Below are positions 20,174 through 28,884 of a DNA stretch of 64,000 nt, piece after piece. Position 1 is the first letter of the stretch. Every line of letters begins with the position of its first letter. The DNA comes from an archaeon (lineage in GTDB: Archaea > Asgardarchaeota > Thorarchaeia > Thorarchaeales > Thorarchaeaceae), in contig JAJRWI010000010.1 of NCBI GenBank assembly GCA_024276825.1, positions 32,001 to 96,000 on the forward strand, read 5' to 3'. Made by a program: the position numbers and the translations under genes. Below the pieces are notes generated by a model that was given only the letters and a program-made list of their open reading frames with translations, ran no database searches and was not told the origin of the DNA.

Positions 20174-20932
20174 CTATAGCAGTCTCATTCCCGTGATTGC
20201 ATCTCTTGCCCAGTCCATTAGAGCCAAGGGTCGTTCCCTTCCAAAGACCTTGATTGTCTTCAGAATTCCCATGTCCACCAAGTTATTCGCATAGTAGGAT
20301 ATCAGGCTCTTCTCGAGTGAAAGAGTCCTACTTAATTCGGCTTGAGTTATCCGATCGTGCTTCATGCTCTGGGAGATAATTGATTTAATGGTTGGATTGC
20401 GAATTAATGATGCGAGCTGTAATATGTTATCGTCTTCTGCGAAGTCATATGAGAAGAAATGTCGTGTATTACCACTCTGAAATGATATGATGAGGCCTTC
20501 ATTCAGAAGGTTAGTGATATGGTATTGAAGGGCACCCATTGCACACCCTAGAACACGGTGTAGTTCGCGTAAATGTATGCCAGGACTTTGAACTATCTCT
20601 TCTATTATTCGATCGCGAAGTTTCTTGCTCTTAACATCGCCCCTGCCATCAGCTACAATGGTACCTATTGCTATGACAATGGTTGTAGGTAGGGGATTAA
20701 TCAATGTCTCATGCAAGAAAGCCATTGTGCCGCTGCATGCTGAAACAGTGACTATGCCCAACTCCAAGCCAGCTATATTGGATGAACTGTGGGGTGATGC
20801 ATCCTGAGCTTTAAGAAAACTTGTTGATGTGTTCATTGGGCTAAGGAGAAGGGCCAATATCCCAGATGTGATTAAGGTCAGCGTCATTACAAGTGTTAGT
20901 ATATCAACCCTTCTTGTCATAGTCAATACCAC
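20174..20932 (-). CDS. Membrane-anchored tandem winged-helix regulator (ArsR-like)
   Basis: N-terminal TM segment; 'PGIHLRELHRVLG..G.LQYH' and 'ITQAELSRTL....SLISYY'. Confidence 0.75.
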   Translation of the reverse strand: MVLTMTRRVDILTLVMTLTLITSGILALLLSPMNTSTSFLKAQDASPHSSSNIAGLELGIVTVSACSGTMAFLHETLINPLPTTIVIAIGTIVADGRGDVKSKKLRDRIIEEIVQSPGIHLRELHRVLGCAMGALQYHITNLLNEGLIISFQSGNTRHFFSYDFAEDDNILQLASLIRNPTIKSIISQSMKHDRITQAELSRTLSLEKSLISYYANNLVDMGILKTIKVFGRERPLALMDWARDAITGMRLL

Positions 20933-21031
20933 TCTTCAATATGTGTCAATTCAGTTAAAAATGATGAATAAACCATAAATGTACTATACGTTAGCGGCCG
21001 AAATGGCTGCATCCCACTTATTATTCTATTG

Positions 21032-21580
21032 TTACCCAGTCCCCCTAGAGGGATAAGTGAGTTTGATCTGAAACTGGCACATATTTGCACCCATGGACAT
21101 GCACTGTGTTTCTTCAACAGTCAGCTTTTCATACACGATTCGATTCCAGTCTGTCAGATATTCAAGAACTGCCTCAATGAATCCTTTTAGAAAATAGCAG
21201 GAGGGCTCTGTGCTCTCAAGGCCTGCTGCATATGGATTGTCCGCAATGTCTATGATTGCCTCTTCATCAAGCCATAACTTATAGAGTTTTGAGATCTTGA
21301 TATCACCAAATGGCACAATTAGATTCTCGAGGGCCATTTTGATGAATTCAATTATCCCCTTAAAATCACCAGGTGGCTTTTGTTTTCCAATCTTGAAATA
21401 TTCTGTCTGAGCCTGAAGACCTGCCAGACGACCTGCAGCGTAATAGAGGTCACGCACTCTATCAGGAAACATCACTGCAATTCGATTACCAAGAATTGTC
21501 CAAGTCTTGCTGAAGAACGCACGCATTGTTTCGCGTTCCTTTAATTTTCCTGTCCACCATTGGAACACTTTGTCTGTCAT
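21032..21580 (-). CDS. V4R-domain protein
   Basis: 'PSCYFLKGFIEAV...VEETQCMSMGANMCQFQI' V4R signature. Confidence 0.85.
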   Translation of the reverse strand: MTDKVFQWWTGKLKERETMRAFFSKTWTILGNRIAVMFPDRVRDLYYAAGRLAGLQAQTEYFKIGKQKPPGDFKGIIEFIKMALENLIVPFGDIKISKLYKLWLDEEAIIDIADNPYAAGLESTEPSCYFLKGFIEAVLEYLTDWNRIVYEKLTVEETQCMSMGANMCQFQIKLTYPSRGTG

Positions 21581-21676
21581 CTTGCAATCTCCTACGTGAA
21601 TTTAAGATGCATTGCTCGTTAAATGCTTTATGAGGACAAATAGCAATGTTCATTGCATCTGAAGCTTACTGTTTGG

Positions 21677-22150
21677 TTATGCGAGACGCACATTCCAAGT
21701 GCACATATCCGCACCAGTGGCCCGGCTCATTTCTTGGAAAACATTTGCTTGAACTCCCTTGAACTCAAGGATTGCCTGAAGAATTCCACTAAATATCTCA
21801 CAATATCCAAAACCACGCATACCCTCAAGATTGACATCTTGACACCAGATGCAGTTCTTATCCGAAACCCTTACTGATCCTCTAGCAGTGTCCATGTCTA
21901 TCTCAGACGCTCTCTTATCGTACAAGGCTCGAAAGACAACATCAATCAGTTTAGCGACATCCTCTCGAGTTGTGACCGTTTCTTTGGTCTTGCTCTCAAT
22001 GTCAGTGCTCATATAAAGCTGAAAGCCAAGTTCTTTGCCTAGGTCTCGAAGCTTCTGGTTAGCCTCTTCAACACTGTTGGTTTCTGAGAGAGTTTGCTCA
22101 ACAATATGAGAATATAGACTTACTAGTATGGGATTCTCAATCTTTGCCAT
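21677..22150 (-). CDS. Bet3/TRAPP-like (V4R-fold) protein
   Basis: 'LYSHIV...EEANQKLRDLGKELGFQL' and 'YCEIFSGILQAILE' align by eye with Bet3 'LTYGALV...VNKQLDKMGFNIGVRL' and 'YSNLLCGVLRGALE'. Confidence 0.8.
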   Translation of the reverse strand: MAKIENPILVSLYSHIVEQTLSETNSVEEANQKLRDLGKELGFQLYMSTDIESKTKETVTTREDVAKLIDVVFRALYDKRASEIDMDTARGSVRVSDKNCIWCQDVNLEGMRGFGYCEIFSGILQAILEFKGVQANVFQEMSRATGADMCTWNVRLA

Positions 22151-22174
22151 TGCTACGTCTCACCTGTAGTAGTT

Positions 22175-23149
22175 CTATATGGTCCTTCCAATCATTTTCA
22201 TGCCATATTTGCGATAACGAGCAAGAGTCTGAATCACTTTGGGATGGGGAATTCCTGTGATCTCTGCAATCTGCTCGGGAGTTTTAGTGCCATCACATAG
22301 TCGGACAATCTCAATGTCGGGAGCTTGCACTTTATCTAATGGCCCTTCATATTTTGGACATTTGATAAATCGCCCCATTGTTGTTTTTGAAGTTTCAGCT
22401 TCACTTTCTGCCTTATGAACTGGGACCTCTATGATCTTTCTCACAGCAGCCCATTTTAACAAGTTTACAACACGTTCTGTTGGTTGAAACATTGAATCAG
22501 CAATCTTTTCGACAGACAGGATCCCATCCACAAGCATTAGGACATCAAATCCGAAGTTGCGATGTGCTTGTTTCATTTCTTCATATAGGCTCGATTCCAG
22601 TGATAATGCAGAGGCATATGCAGGCCCTCGCTTTGGAACAGTGGAAGGAGTGATGATGAAAGACTCTGGACTTAGTTCAGGCTCTTCAGTGACTGGCTCT
22701 GCGGCAGGGGTGGAGACCTTGGTCACAGCAAGAGATTCTGGTGCTGTAGCAGCAGCTTTCATTGCAATGCTCTCAAGAACCTGCAGATTGTCTTCTGATG
22801 ACTCTTCAAAGTCATCCGGAGGTGGTGGTAAGACACTTCCTTCTAGAAGACGCAATACATTCTTTGTCTTTGCAATTGCAAGACCCAGCTGCAATTCAGG
22901 GACATATAGAACTGTCAATATCCAGTTGTCATCAACTGGCGATAGTACAACAAGACCCTGATCAGTATCAATAGTCATCAAGCGTAGGTCAGACTTGTAA
23001 AGGTTGATACTGTCTTTTACTCGTGGAAACAACTCATCAGGAAAAGAAAAGCTAACAAATGGTCGCCCCTGTTTTGTCATGAGAGAGTATCCAATCACTT
23101 GTTCGTCAAACCGAAGTTTTGAGAGAGCTCGTTCCAAGTCGCCGGACAT
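22175..23149 (-). CDS. Roadblock-like domain, Pro/acidic linker and two winged-helix domains
   Basis: N-terminal 'VIGYSLMTKQGRPF...IDTDQGLVVLSPV...ILTVL...LGLA'; 'LVDG..SVEKIA' and 'LCDGTKTPEQIA'. Confidence 0.7.
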   Translation of the reverse strand: MSGDLERALSKLRFDEQVIGYSLMTKQGRPFVSFSFPDELFPRVKDSINLYKSDLRLMTIDTDQGLVVLSPVDDNWILTVLYVPELQLGLAIAKTKNVLRLLEGSVLPPPPDDFEESSEDNLQVLESIAMKAAATAPESLAVTKVSTPAAEPVTEEPELSPESFIITPSTVPKRGPAYASALSLESSLYEEMKQAHRNFGFDVLMLVDGILSVEKIADSMFQPTERVVNLLKWAAVRKIIEVPVHKAESEAETSKTTMGRFIKCPKYEGPLDKVQAPDIEIVRLCDGTKTPEQIAEITGIPHPKVIQTLARYRKYGMKMIGRTI

Positions 23150-23333
23150 GATATTGCACCTATCTTGAAATAGACTGACCTACTTATACATACTTTCTTT
23201 CTAAAGGATTGATTAAAGGATTGTGGTCGTGTATTCATCCATCTTGGAGCCTTAATAACGCTCGAATTTATGCAATTTAGAAAGCATTAAGAGAGTATTC
23301 ATTTGTGAGGCTGCTAAGAAGGTTGTCAACAAC

Positions 23334-23885
23334 ATGAGAAACTTCCTTTCAGCTCTGATCGCACTTAACATTGGGTCATTAATGGTAATGGGTCTTGCAA
23401 GTCAACATTATCCAGATACATTTGAGCCGATTGCATTTCTGCTGAATGGAAGTGGTGTGTTGATGACCCTGGTGGACGGTCTTTTGTCATTCAGATTTGA
23501 TGCTCTTGTTCTCAGCGCTTGGCTGGCCATGGGCTTAATAGTTGGACTGACTGCCGAGTCAAGATGGAACTCTGTAAGAACTGTGATCTGGATTGGGGTC
23601 ATCATGGCGATTTGTAATCTTGCTGCAGTGTTTTTAATCAACCCTGGACTTTGGAGCTCGAATCAAGTCGAGAGAAACATACTTATAATTGCCCAGCTAA
23701 TCAAAGGGCCGTTCATTGCATTATTCACTCTCATTACGGCTTTACCAATAATGGCCATAATTGGACGGGCCAAGAAACCAATGCAGATTGAACCCAAGCC
23801 AATTATAACAGTCTGCGAGTGCGGAGCAGTGTTCAAGTCAAAGCCAGCAATCTGTTCAGAATGTGGTAGGGTTCTAAATGATTAG
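23334..23885 (+). CDS. 4-TM membrane protein with a C-terminal Zn ribbon
   Basis: Hydrophobic helices; 'CECG...CSECG'. Confidence 0.75.
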   Translation: MRNFLSALIALNIGSLMVMGLASQHYPDTFEPIAFLLNGSGVLMTLVDGLLSFRFDALVLSAWLAMGLIVGLTAESRWNSVRTVIWIGVIMAICNLAAVFLINPGLWSSNQVERNILIIAQLIKGPFIALFTLITALPIMAIIGRAKKPMQIEPKPIITVCECGAVFKSKPAICSECGRVLND

Positions 23886-23961
23886 GTTCATGCACAGCAT
23901 TAAGTCGGCAAAGAAGGGAGCATGATTTGAATATGGTACTCTGAACAAAGATAATTACAGC

Positions 23962-23999
23962 TCAGTAGAGTTCAGCCTATTTCATACTGACTTTACTGA
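23962..23999. terminator. Imperfect hairpin between convergent genes
   Basis: TCAGTAGAGTTCAG can pair with CTGACTTTACTGA (one G-U pair, one bulge). Confidence 0.3.
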
Positions 24000-24032
24000 A
24001 CTGAGGTTTGCTTTACCACTGATTCAATTGGA

Positions 24033-24536
24033 TTAACGTTCACGTGTTATTGCGCCACCCAGCAGGCCACCAATGACAGCTGCGATTCCAGGATAAAGAC
24101 ACCCTTGAAATGTGACTTGCATGAGTATCATAGACTCAGTGCCGAACAGGTTCATAATATCACCATATGGTTGAATGAAGAATACCAGCAGCCACATTAG
24201 TAGCGAGCCTATAAACACTGCAAAGAGTGAGGAAAAAATACCCTGAGGAATGCCGCGTGATAACAGGCCCGCAATGAGTCCTGCAATCCCCCAAGACAGC
24301 CATGTAAGGACGGTCGTATGTGTAGCGCCAACATGAATCTGAGCGCCTAGATAAGGAGGATAGAGAACAGTTCCAACGATGGCCAATCGTAATTCAAGAT
24401 CGCTGTAATTCAAGAAATCGGTGACAATATCGGGACTGACAACTTCTGCAGGCATCAGTAATCCCAGAGTAAGAATCAAGAAGGCAAAAGCAAAAGCAAC
24501 TATGAGACCGATTAAAGCAGATATTCCTTGGTTCAT
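24033..24536 (-). CDS. 4-TM membrane protein
   Basis: Gly-rich TM helices 'WGIAGLIAGLL' and 'IGGLLGGAI'. Confidence 0.75.
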   Translation of the reverse strand: MNQGISALIGLIVAFAFAFLILTLGLLMPAEVVSPDIVTDFLNYSDLELRLAIVGTVLYPPYLGAQIHVGATHTTVLTWLSWGIAGLIAGLLSRGIPQGIFSSLFAVFIGSLLMWLLVFFIQPYGDIMNLFGTESMILMQVTFQGCLYPGIAAVIGGLLGGAITRER

Positions 24537-24603
24537 TTAATTCCTCCTTTTGATTATTGTCTTTATAGAGTAGAGCTATTTATCATTATTCAATTTTATT
24601 TAA

Positions 24604-25110
24604 TCAGACCAGCTGGCGAATTGTCCAAGTACAGACTTCATCTCCAAGAGCACGGCAAGACTCTTGATAGGTATCACCCTTGAAACCTCTAAGGTCTAGA
24701 ACTGCCTTGAAAACCCCACTAATAAGATTGCAGTACTGAAGACCAGGCATGTCAGTGATCTGAACGCCTTGGCATAGTACACAGTTCTCATCAGAGAACT
24801 TGATTGTATTTTTATCTTCACTTATCCATACATTTGTGAATTCTCGACCAGAGTTCACTTTATAGGCAAGTTGTAATGTTGAAGCAAACTCATGAAAGGC
24901 TGCTGCATGCTTGCGAATCCGCTCAGCATAGTCCATTAGCAGATGCTCGCCTACTTTGAACCCGATGTTCTTCAGCTTCAGATTTATCTCATCAACGTTA
25001 GAACTGCTCTGAATCAGAAGATTCAGGAGTTCTCTGTAAGTCGCTTGAAAGAGCGGTTTTGAAACCTTATCTATTTTCAATGTCCACGCTAGTTTTCCTT
25101 TGACACCCAT
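24604..25110 (-). CDS. Bet3/TRAPP-like (V4R-fold) protein
   Basis: 'KVSKPLFQATYRELL...INLKLKNIGFKVGEHLLMDY' and 'QYCNLISGVFKAVLD' are Bet3-like. Paralog of 21677-22150. Confidence 0.82.
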   Translation of the reverse strand: MGVKGKLAWTLKIDKVSKPLFQATYRELLNLLIQSSSNVDEINLKLKNIGFKVGEHLLMDYAERIRKHAAAFHEFASTLQLAYKVNSGREFTNVWISEDKNTIKFSDENCVLCQGVQITDMPGLQYCNLISGVFKAVLDLRGFKGDTYQESCRALGDEVCTWTIRQLV

Positions 25111-26031
25111 TTATTTGACCTCCACATCACGCATTATTATTCTAAGCGTTTTTCCACGGTAGGGAATGATTGATTGTAGAGCTTTGAAGTAGGGAATGTT
25201 CAGTTCTTTTGCGATGTCTTGAAGAGTTCGTGTGCCATCGCAGAGTTCCAATATGGGCCGATGTTCCTTCTTTGCTTTCTTTATCTCCCCTTCAAAGAGT
25301 GGCAGTTCCACAATCTCTCTCATTCCAGGAGCCTGTTCTTTGGGACACTCAACATCAAGAACATTCTTTAAAACACACCATTCAACCACTGAGATGATGA
25401 TCTCTACTCTCTTAGCAAGTATTTCAGCAATCCGAAACACGGTGCGTACATCATCCACCATTAGAAGCACATCAATCCCAACATTGTGAAACTTGGAAGT
25501 CATTTCGTTATACAGAGGGCTTCCAATTCTGGACGCTTCATTGTACATGCTTGCCTTACGAACAACACATCCATGAGTCACCTTGATGTCGACAGCTGGC
25601 TCTTCAGAAGGTTGTTCAACCTCAGGAGCCGCCTGCATTTCTTCTACGGTTATCTCATTATCTTCGGGAGTTGAAACAACTGCTTCAACCTTCACTTTTT
25701 TGGGTGGTGGAGGTAACTCCGCGTTGCCGAGGGATTCAATGACATTTTTAGTGCGTTGTAGAGCGACACCAAGAGACACATCAGACATGAATAATACTGC
25801 AAGCACCCAGTTCTCGTCCACCCTTGCCAGAACAACTGTTCCTTGAGATGTTATGACATTCATGAGCTTTAGCGAGGATGAATGGATCTCTAATGTGTCC
25901 TTAATCGTTGGGAGTGTGTCTTCGGGGAGAGAAAATGCAAGGAATGGTTGACCGTCATTTGTTAGAAGAGCATACCCACTCACAGACTCGTCATAACGAA
26001 GCTTTGTGAGTGCACGCTCTAAAGACATCAA
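25111..26031 (-). CDS. Roadblock-like plus two winged-helix domains (paralog of 22175-23149)
   Basis: 'LERALTKLRYDE' vs 'LERALSKLRFDE'; shared PPPP linker; 'LCDGTRTLQDIA'. Confidence 0.72.
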   Translation of the reverse strand: MMSLERALTKLRYDESVSGYALLTNDGQPFLAFSLPEDTLPTIKDTLEIHSSSLKLMNVITSQGTVVLARVDENWVLAVLFMSDVSLGVALQRTKNVIESLGNAELPPPPKKVKVEAVVSTPEDNEITVEEMQAAPEVEQPSEEPAVDIKVTHGCVVRKASMYNEASRIGSPLYNEMTSKFHNVGIDVLLMVDDVRTVFRIAEILAKRVEIIISVVEWCVLKNVLDVECPKEQAPGMREIVELPLFEGEIKKAKKEHRPILELCDGTRTLQDIAKELNIPYFKALQSIIPYRGKTLRIIMRDVEVK

Positions 26032-26087
26032 TACCTACTCCGCGGCACCTTATATTAGCAATCCCTTAAGAGGATTGCTCGGAATTA

Positions 26088-27170
26088 CTATATTAATTCT
26101 TTTAGAAACTTAAATACGTCATTGTTAGAGGGATGGTCTGCATTGATTGACGAAACATAGAGGGCAGCCACAGCATTTGCAAGCGTCAGACGTTCAACGT
26201 CCGATAGCTCTGTGATTGTTGCAAGGATGTCGCCAGCATTCCACGAGTCACCAGCACCACATTGCACATGGGATTCAGCCATAAAAGTTGGCACTCTTAT
26301 TGTTCTGTCATCTTTGAATGTCGCAGAGAATTGCAGGGTATGTAGATCGACACGGACAGCAGTTTCTTTTGATATCAATTCAGCCGCTTCCGATGCAATC
26401 TCCAGATCACTTGTTGCATCACGCCATTTGTCATTGTTTGTGAGTATTCTTGCAATCCAGCCAGCTTCATTCTCATTAAGGCTGATAATGTCTACGAGCT
26501 CCGCATTGAGTGTGGATTTCACAAGTCGGGTTATGGCCTTAAGGTTTCCAGAAGGGTCGCCAATGTCCATGAAAGTGAGGGCATTCGAATTTGACCTCAC
26601 ATAAGTGAATATTTCTTCTGCAAGATATGATGCGTTCTTGTTATGATTCAAACATAATAAAGCGACAAGGCTACTCTTGTTAATTGCATCCAGATCACTT
26701 GGGGCAAGGTCACCAAACGAAAAGTCAGCTGCAGACCCGCTATCGCTAACCATTAAATTAACGGGACGCCCCTTATGTTTGACCTCGATAGACACGGTGG
26801 ATGACAGTCTTCCATCAGTCTTCACATGACTAAGATCTAGCTCAGGAGATACTAGGCTCTTCAACAGTAGAAGTCCCTGTGGATTAGTCTTAACTATTAG
26901 TATTGGATGGATTCCAAGGGAGAGAAGGGCCGAGGCCGTATTGACTGAATTGCCCCCGCGACTGATTATCTGACGGGTGCCAATCATGTTTCCGCCGCCT
27001 TGTTCAGCGAGAAGTTTCAGAGACTCTATGAATGCATCAAGGCTTTCAGCAATCACAAAATGATCAAGAAAGAAATCAGGAAGAATCACAGGAGGTGGGA
27101 CAGCAGGAGGTTCTTGAAGTATTGTAAAGAGCCGGGAGTAGTCCAGCTCTATCACCTCATTGAAATTCAT
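26088..27170 (-). CDS. PfkB/ribokinase family kinase
   Basis: 'GGNSVNTA', 'LNENEA', 'GAGDSWNAG'. Confidence 0.88.
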   Translation of the reverse strand: MNFNEVIELDYSRLFTILQEPPAVPPPVILPDFFLDHFVIAESLDAFIESLKLLAEQGGGNMIGTRQIISRGGNSVNTASALLSLGIHPILIVKTNPQGLLLLKSLVSPELDLSHVKTDGRLSSTVSIEVKHKGRPVNLMVSDSGSAADFSFGDLAPSDLDAINKSSLVALLCLNHNKNASYLAEEIFTYVRSNSNALTFMDIGDPSGNLKAITRLVKSTLNAELVDIISLNENEAGWIARILTNNDKWRDATSDLEIASEAAELISKETAVRVDLHTLQFSATFKDDRTIRVPTFMAESHVQCGAGDSWNAGDILATITELSDVERLTLANAVAALYVSSINADHPSNNDVFKFLKELI

Positions 27171-27613
27171 GATACTTTTTTGAAGGCCGCCTTGACCATC
27201 GCAGTCAGACGCTCTTCATCAATACCAGTCTTGTTTGCTGTCTTGGAGATGTCACAATATGCAAGATCCTCGAGGGATCTGATGCCTGCATCGAATAAGA
27301 GTTGTGCCTCACTCTTCTTCACTGCTCGAAGAGATGACAGTTCTGCAATTACAGCATCCGCATCAATTGTGGAAGTTGCACTACTAACTTCAGCAGCAAA
27401 CTCTTCTAGGTCATTGATATACTGCTTGATGACCTCAATGTTCTCATCGTAGCTTGTCTTTCTTCGAACATCAACAATAAGACCCATTCTACGGGCCTCA
27501 TCAATAGCAAGACCTGCCTCTTCTATCTCGTGCCTGCTGAATCCTCGGCCCCTGCGGTCACGACCTGTGCCAGGCGACTTTACTGTTGGATCTGCAAATA
27601 TGTCATAACTCAT
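27167..27613 (-). CDS. rpl13e: Ribosomal protein L13e (eL13) with a C-terminal HhH extension
   Basis: 'RRGRGFSRHEIEEAGL...ARRMGLIVDVRRK...N'. Probable start is Met at 27613. Confidence 0.88.
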   Translation of the reverse strand: MSYDIFADPTVKSPGTGRDRRGRGFSRHEIEEAGLAIDEARRMGLIVDVRRKTSYDENIEVIKQYINDLEEFAAEVSSATSTIDADAVIAELSSLRAVKKSEAQLLFDAGIRSLEDLAYCDISKTANKTGIDEERLTAMVKAAFKKVS

Positions 27614-27954
27614 TGGCTTGCCCACCTGATTCAAGATTCGACCCAATATTGTCCTTATTAAGCTAATGATGAATGATACGTCTTCGAGCTGTCTCAATAA
27701 TTGCATCGTGTAATTCTGCACTCATATTAGAATGAGTTGAGTAGTCCATGTCAGATGTAATGAGTTCATACCCAATTTTCTCAAGAGTGGGTGAGATTCG
27801 CCTGAGGCCTTCAGCAGCAACAGGAACACCAATATTGCTATTGGAGAGGATCTCACAGCCATAGGCTGTGCATCAGAATTTAGTCAGGTCATAAGTTGCA
27901 TTCTCGTGAGGTATGTGAACTGTCCAGACAAAGCATTAACGACCTTTCAGAATT

Positions 27955-28773
27955 TCAGAAGTATTCGTCAAGAGAGGTCTGCTCCATTCTCTTTGATGTC
28001 AACATCTCTTTGAGCTTGATTCTCTGTCGTGCATCAATCAGGTTCAAGAGGTCAAGCATTTGAAGTGCATTCAGAGGAGAATTTCCAAATAGATGGTTAT
28101 TGAAGTATCCTAAGGTAGTATCCACAAGATCATTGAGTTGATGAAGTCTAGGAACCCATGGCTTCAACTCATCAATCGAGTATAGATAGTTATACCAGAG
28201 ATTCTCTCCATGTCCGTGCCACCGAATATATGAAAAGTCTGTGGTCACACGAATATCAATGGGCAATCGAGGTTCGTCTACAATAACATATGCAATGTTG
28301 TAATTCTCGAGCAAGGACATAACTTGTGGCTTGAACCAACTCTCATGTCGAAACTCAATTGCATACCTGAAGGAGGGATCTAGTTCGGAGAGGAATGTTT
28401 CAAGGTCAGCCATTGATTCAATATCCCAAGGCGGGAGTTGAATCAGAAGGGCTTCTATCCGATCTCTGATAGGAAGAAGTAACTGAAAGAATCTAGCGAG
28501 CTCTCGACCGCTCGCTCCGGTCAGACTCAAGCGACCGTCATGGGTCACTTTTTTGGGCAGTTTTGCTGTAAAGAACTTTTCAGGTGGGATTATTTCAGAC
28601 AGATGCCTGATGAAGTTCTTCTGAGGCAGGGCATAGAATGTAGAGTTGATCTCAGCAGTATTAAAGATAGAGAGATACTGCTTCAGCAATGACTCTCTTG
28701 AGTTGTAAAACACGCCCTTCCAGTCCTTCTCGTATGACCAGCCACTACAGCCAATATGGATGCCTCTTATCAT
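27955..28773 (-). CDS. DUF72 (YecE) family protein
   Basis: 'IGCSGWSY..W', 'EINSTFY', 'LIQLPP', 'AIEFRHESW', 'YIRWHG', 'YFNNH'. Confidence 0.93.
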   Translation of the reverse strand: MIRGIHIGCSGWSYEKDWKGVFYNSRESLLKQYLSIFNTAEINSTFYALPQKNFIRHLSEIIPPEKFFTAKLPKKVTHDGRLSLTGASGRELARFFQLLLPIRDRIEALLIQLPPWDIESMADLETFLSELDPSFRYAIEFRHESWFKPQVMSLLENYNIAYVIVDEPRLPIDIRVTTDFSYIRWHGHGENLWYNYLYSIDELKPWVPRLHQLNDLVDTTLGYFNNHLFGNSPLNALQMLDLLNLIDARQRIKLKEMLTSKRMEQTSLDEYF

Positions 28774-28884
28774 TATGCATCATGAAAGATAACGAGAATA
28801 GATGCTATCAGTGTTATGATATCAGATATGTGCATTGTAAGTGAGATTCATAAGAGCATTCAGCAGTAAACAACACGAGTGAAA

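Noticed and set aside
27873-27875. Selenocysteine codon
   Set aside because: There is no in-frame start, no recognisable selenoprotein family and no SECIS identified. It is kept only as a low-interest remnant.
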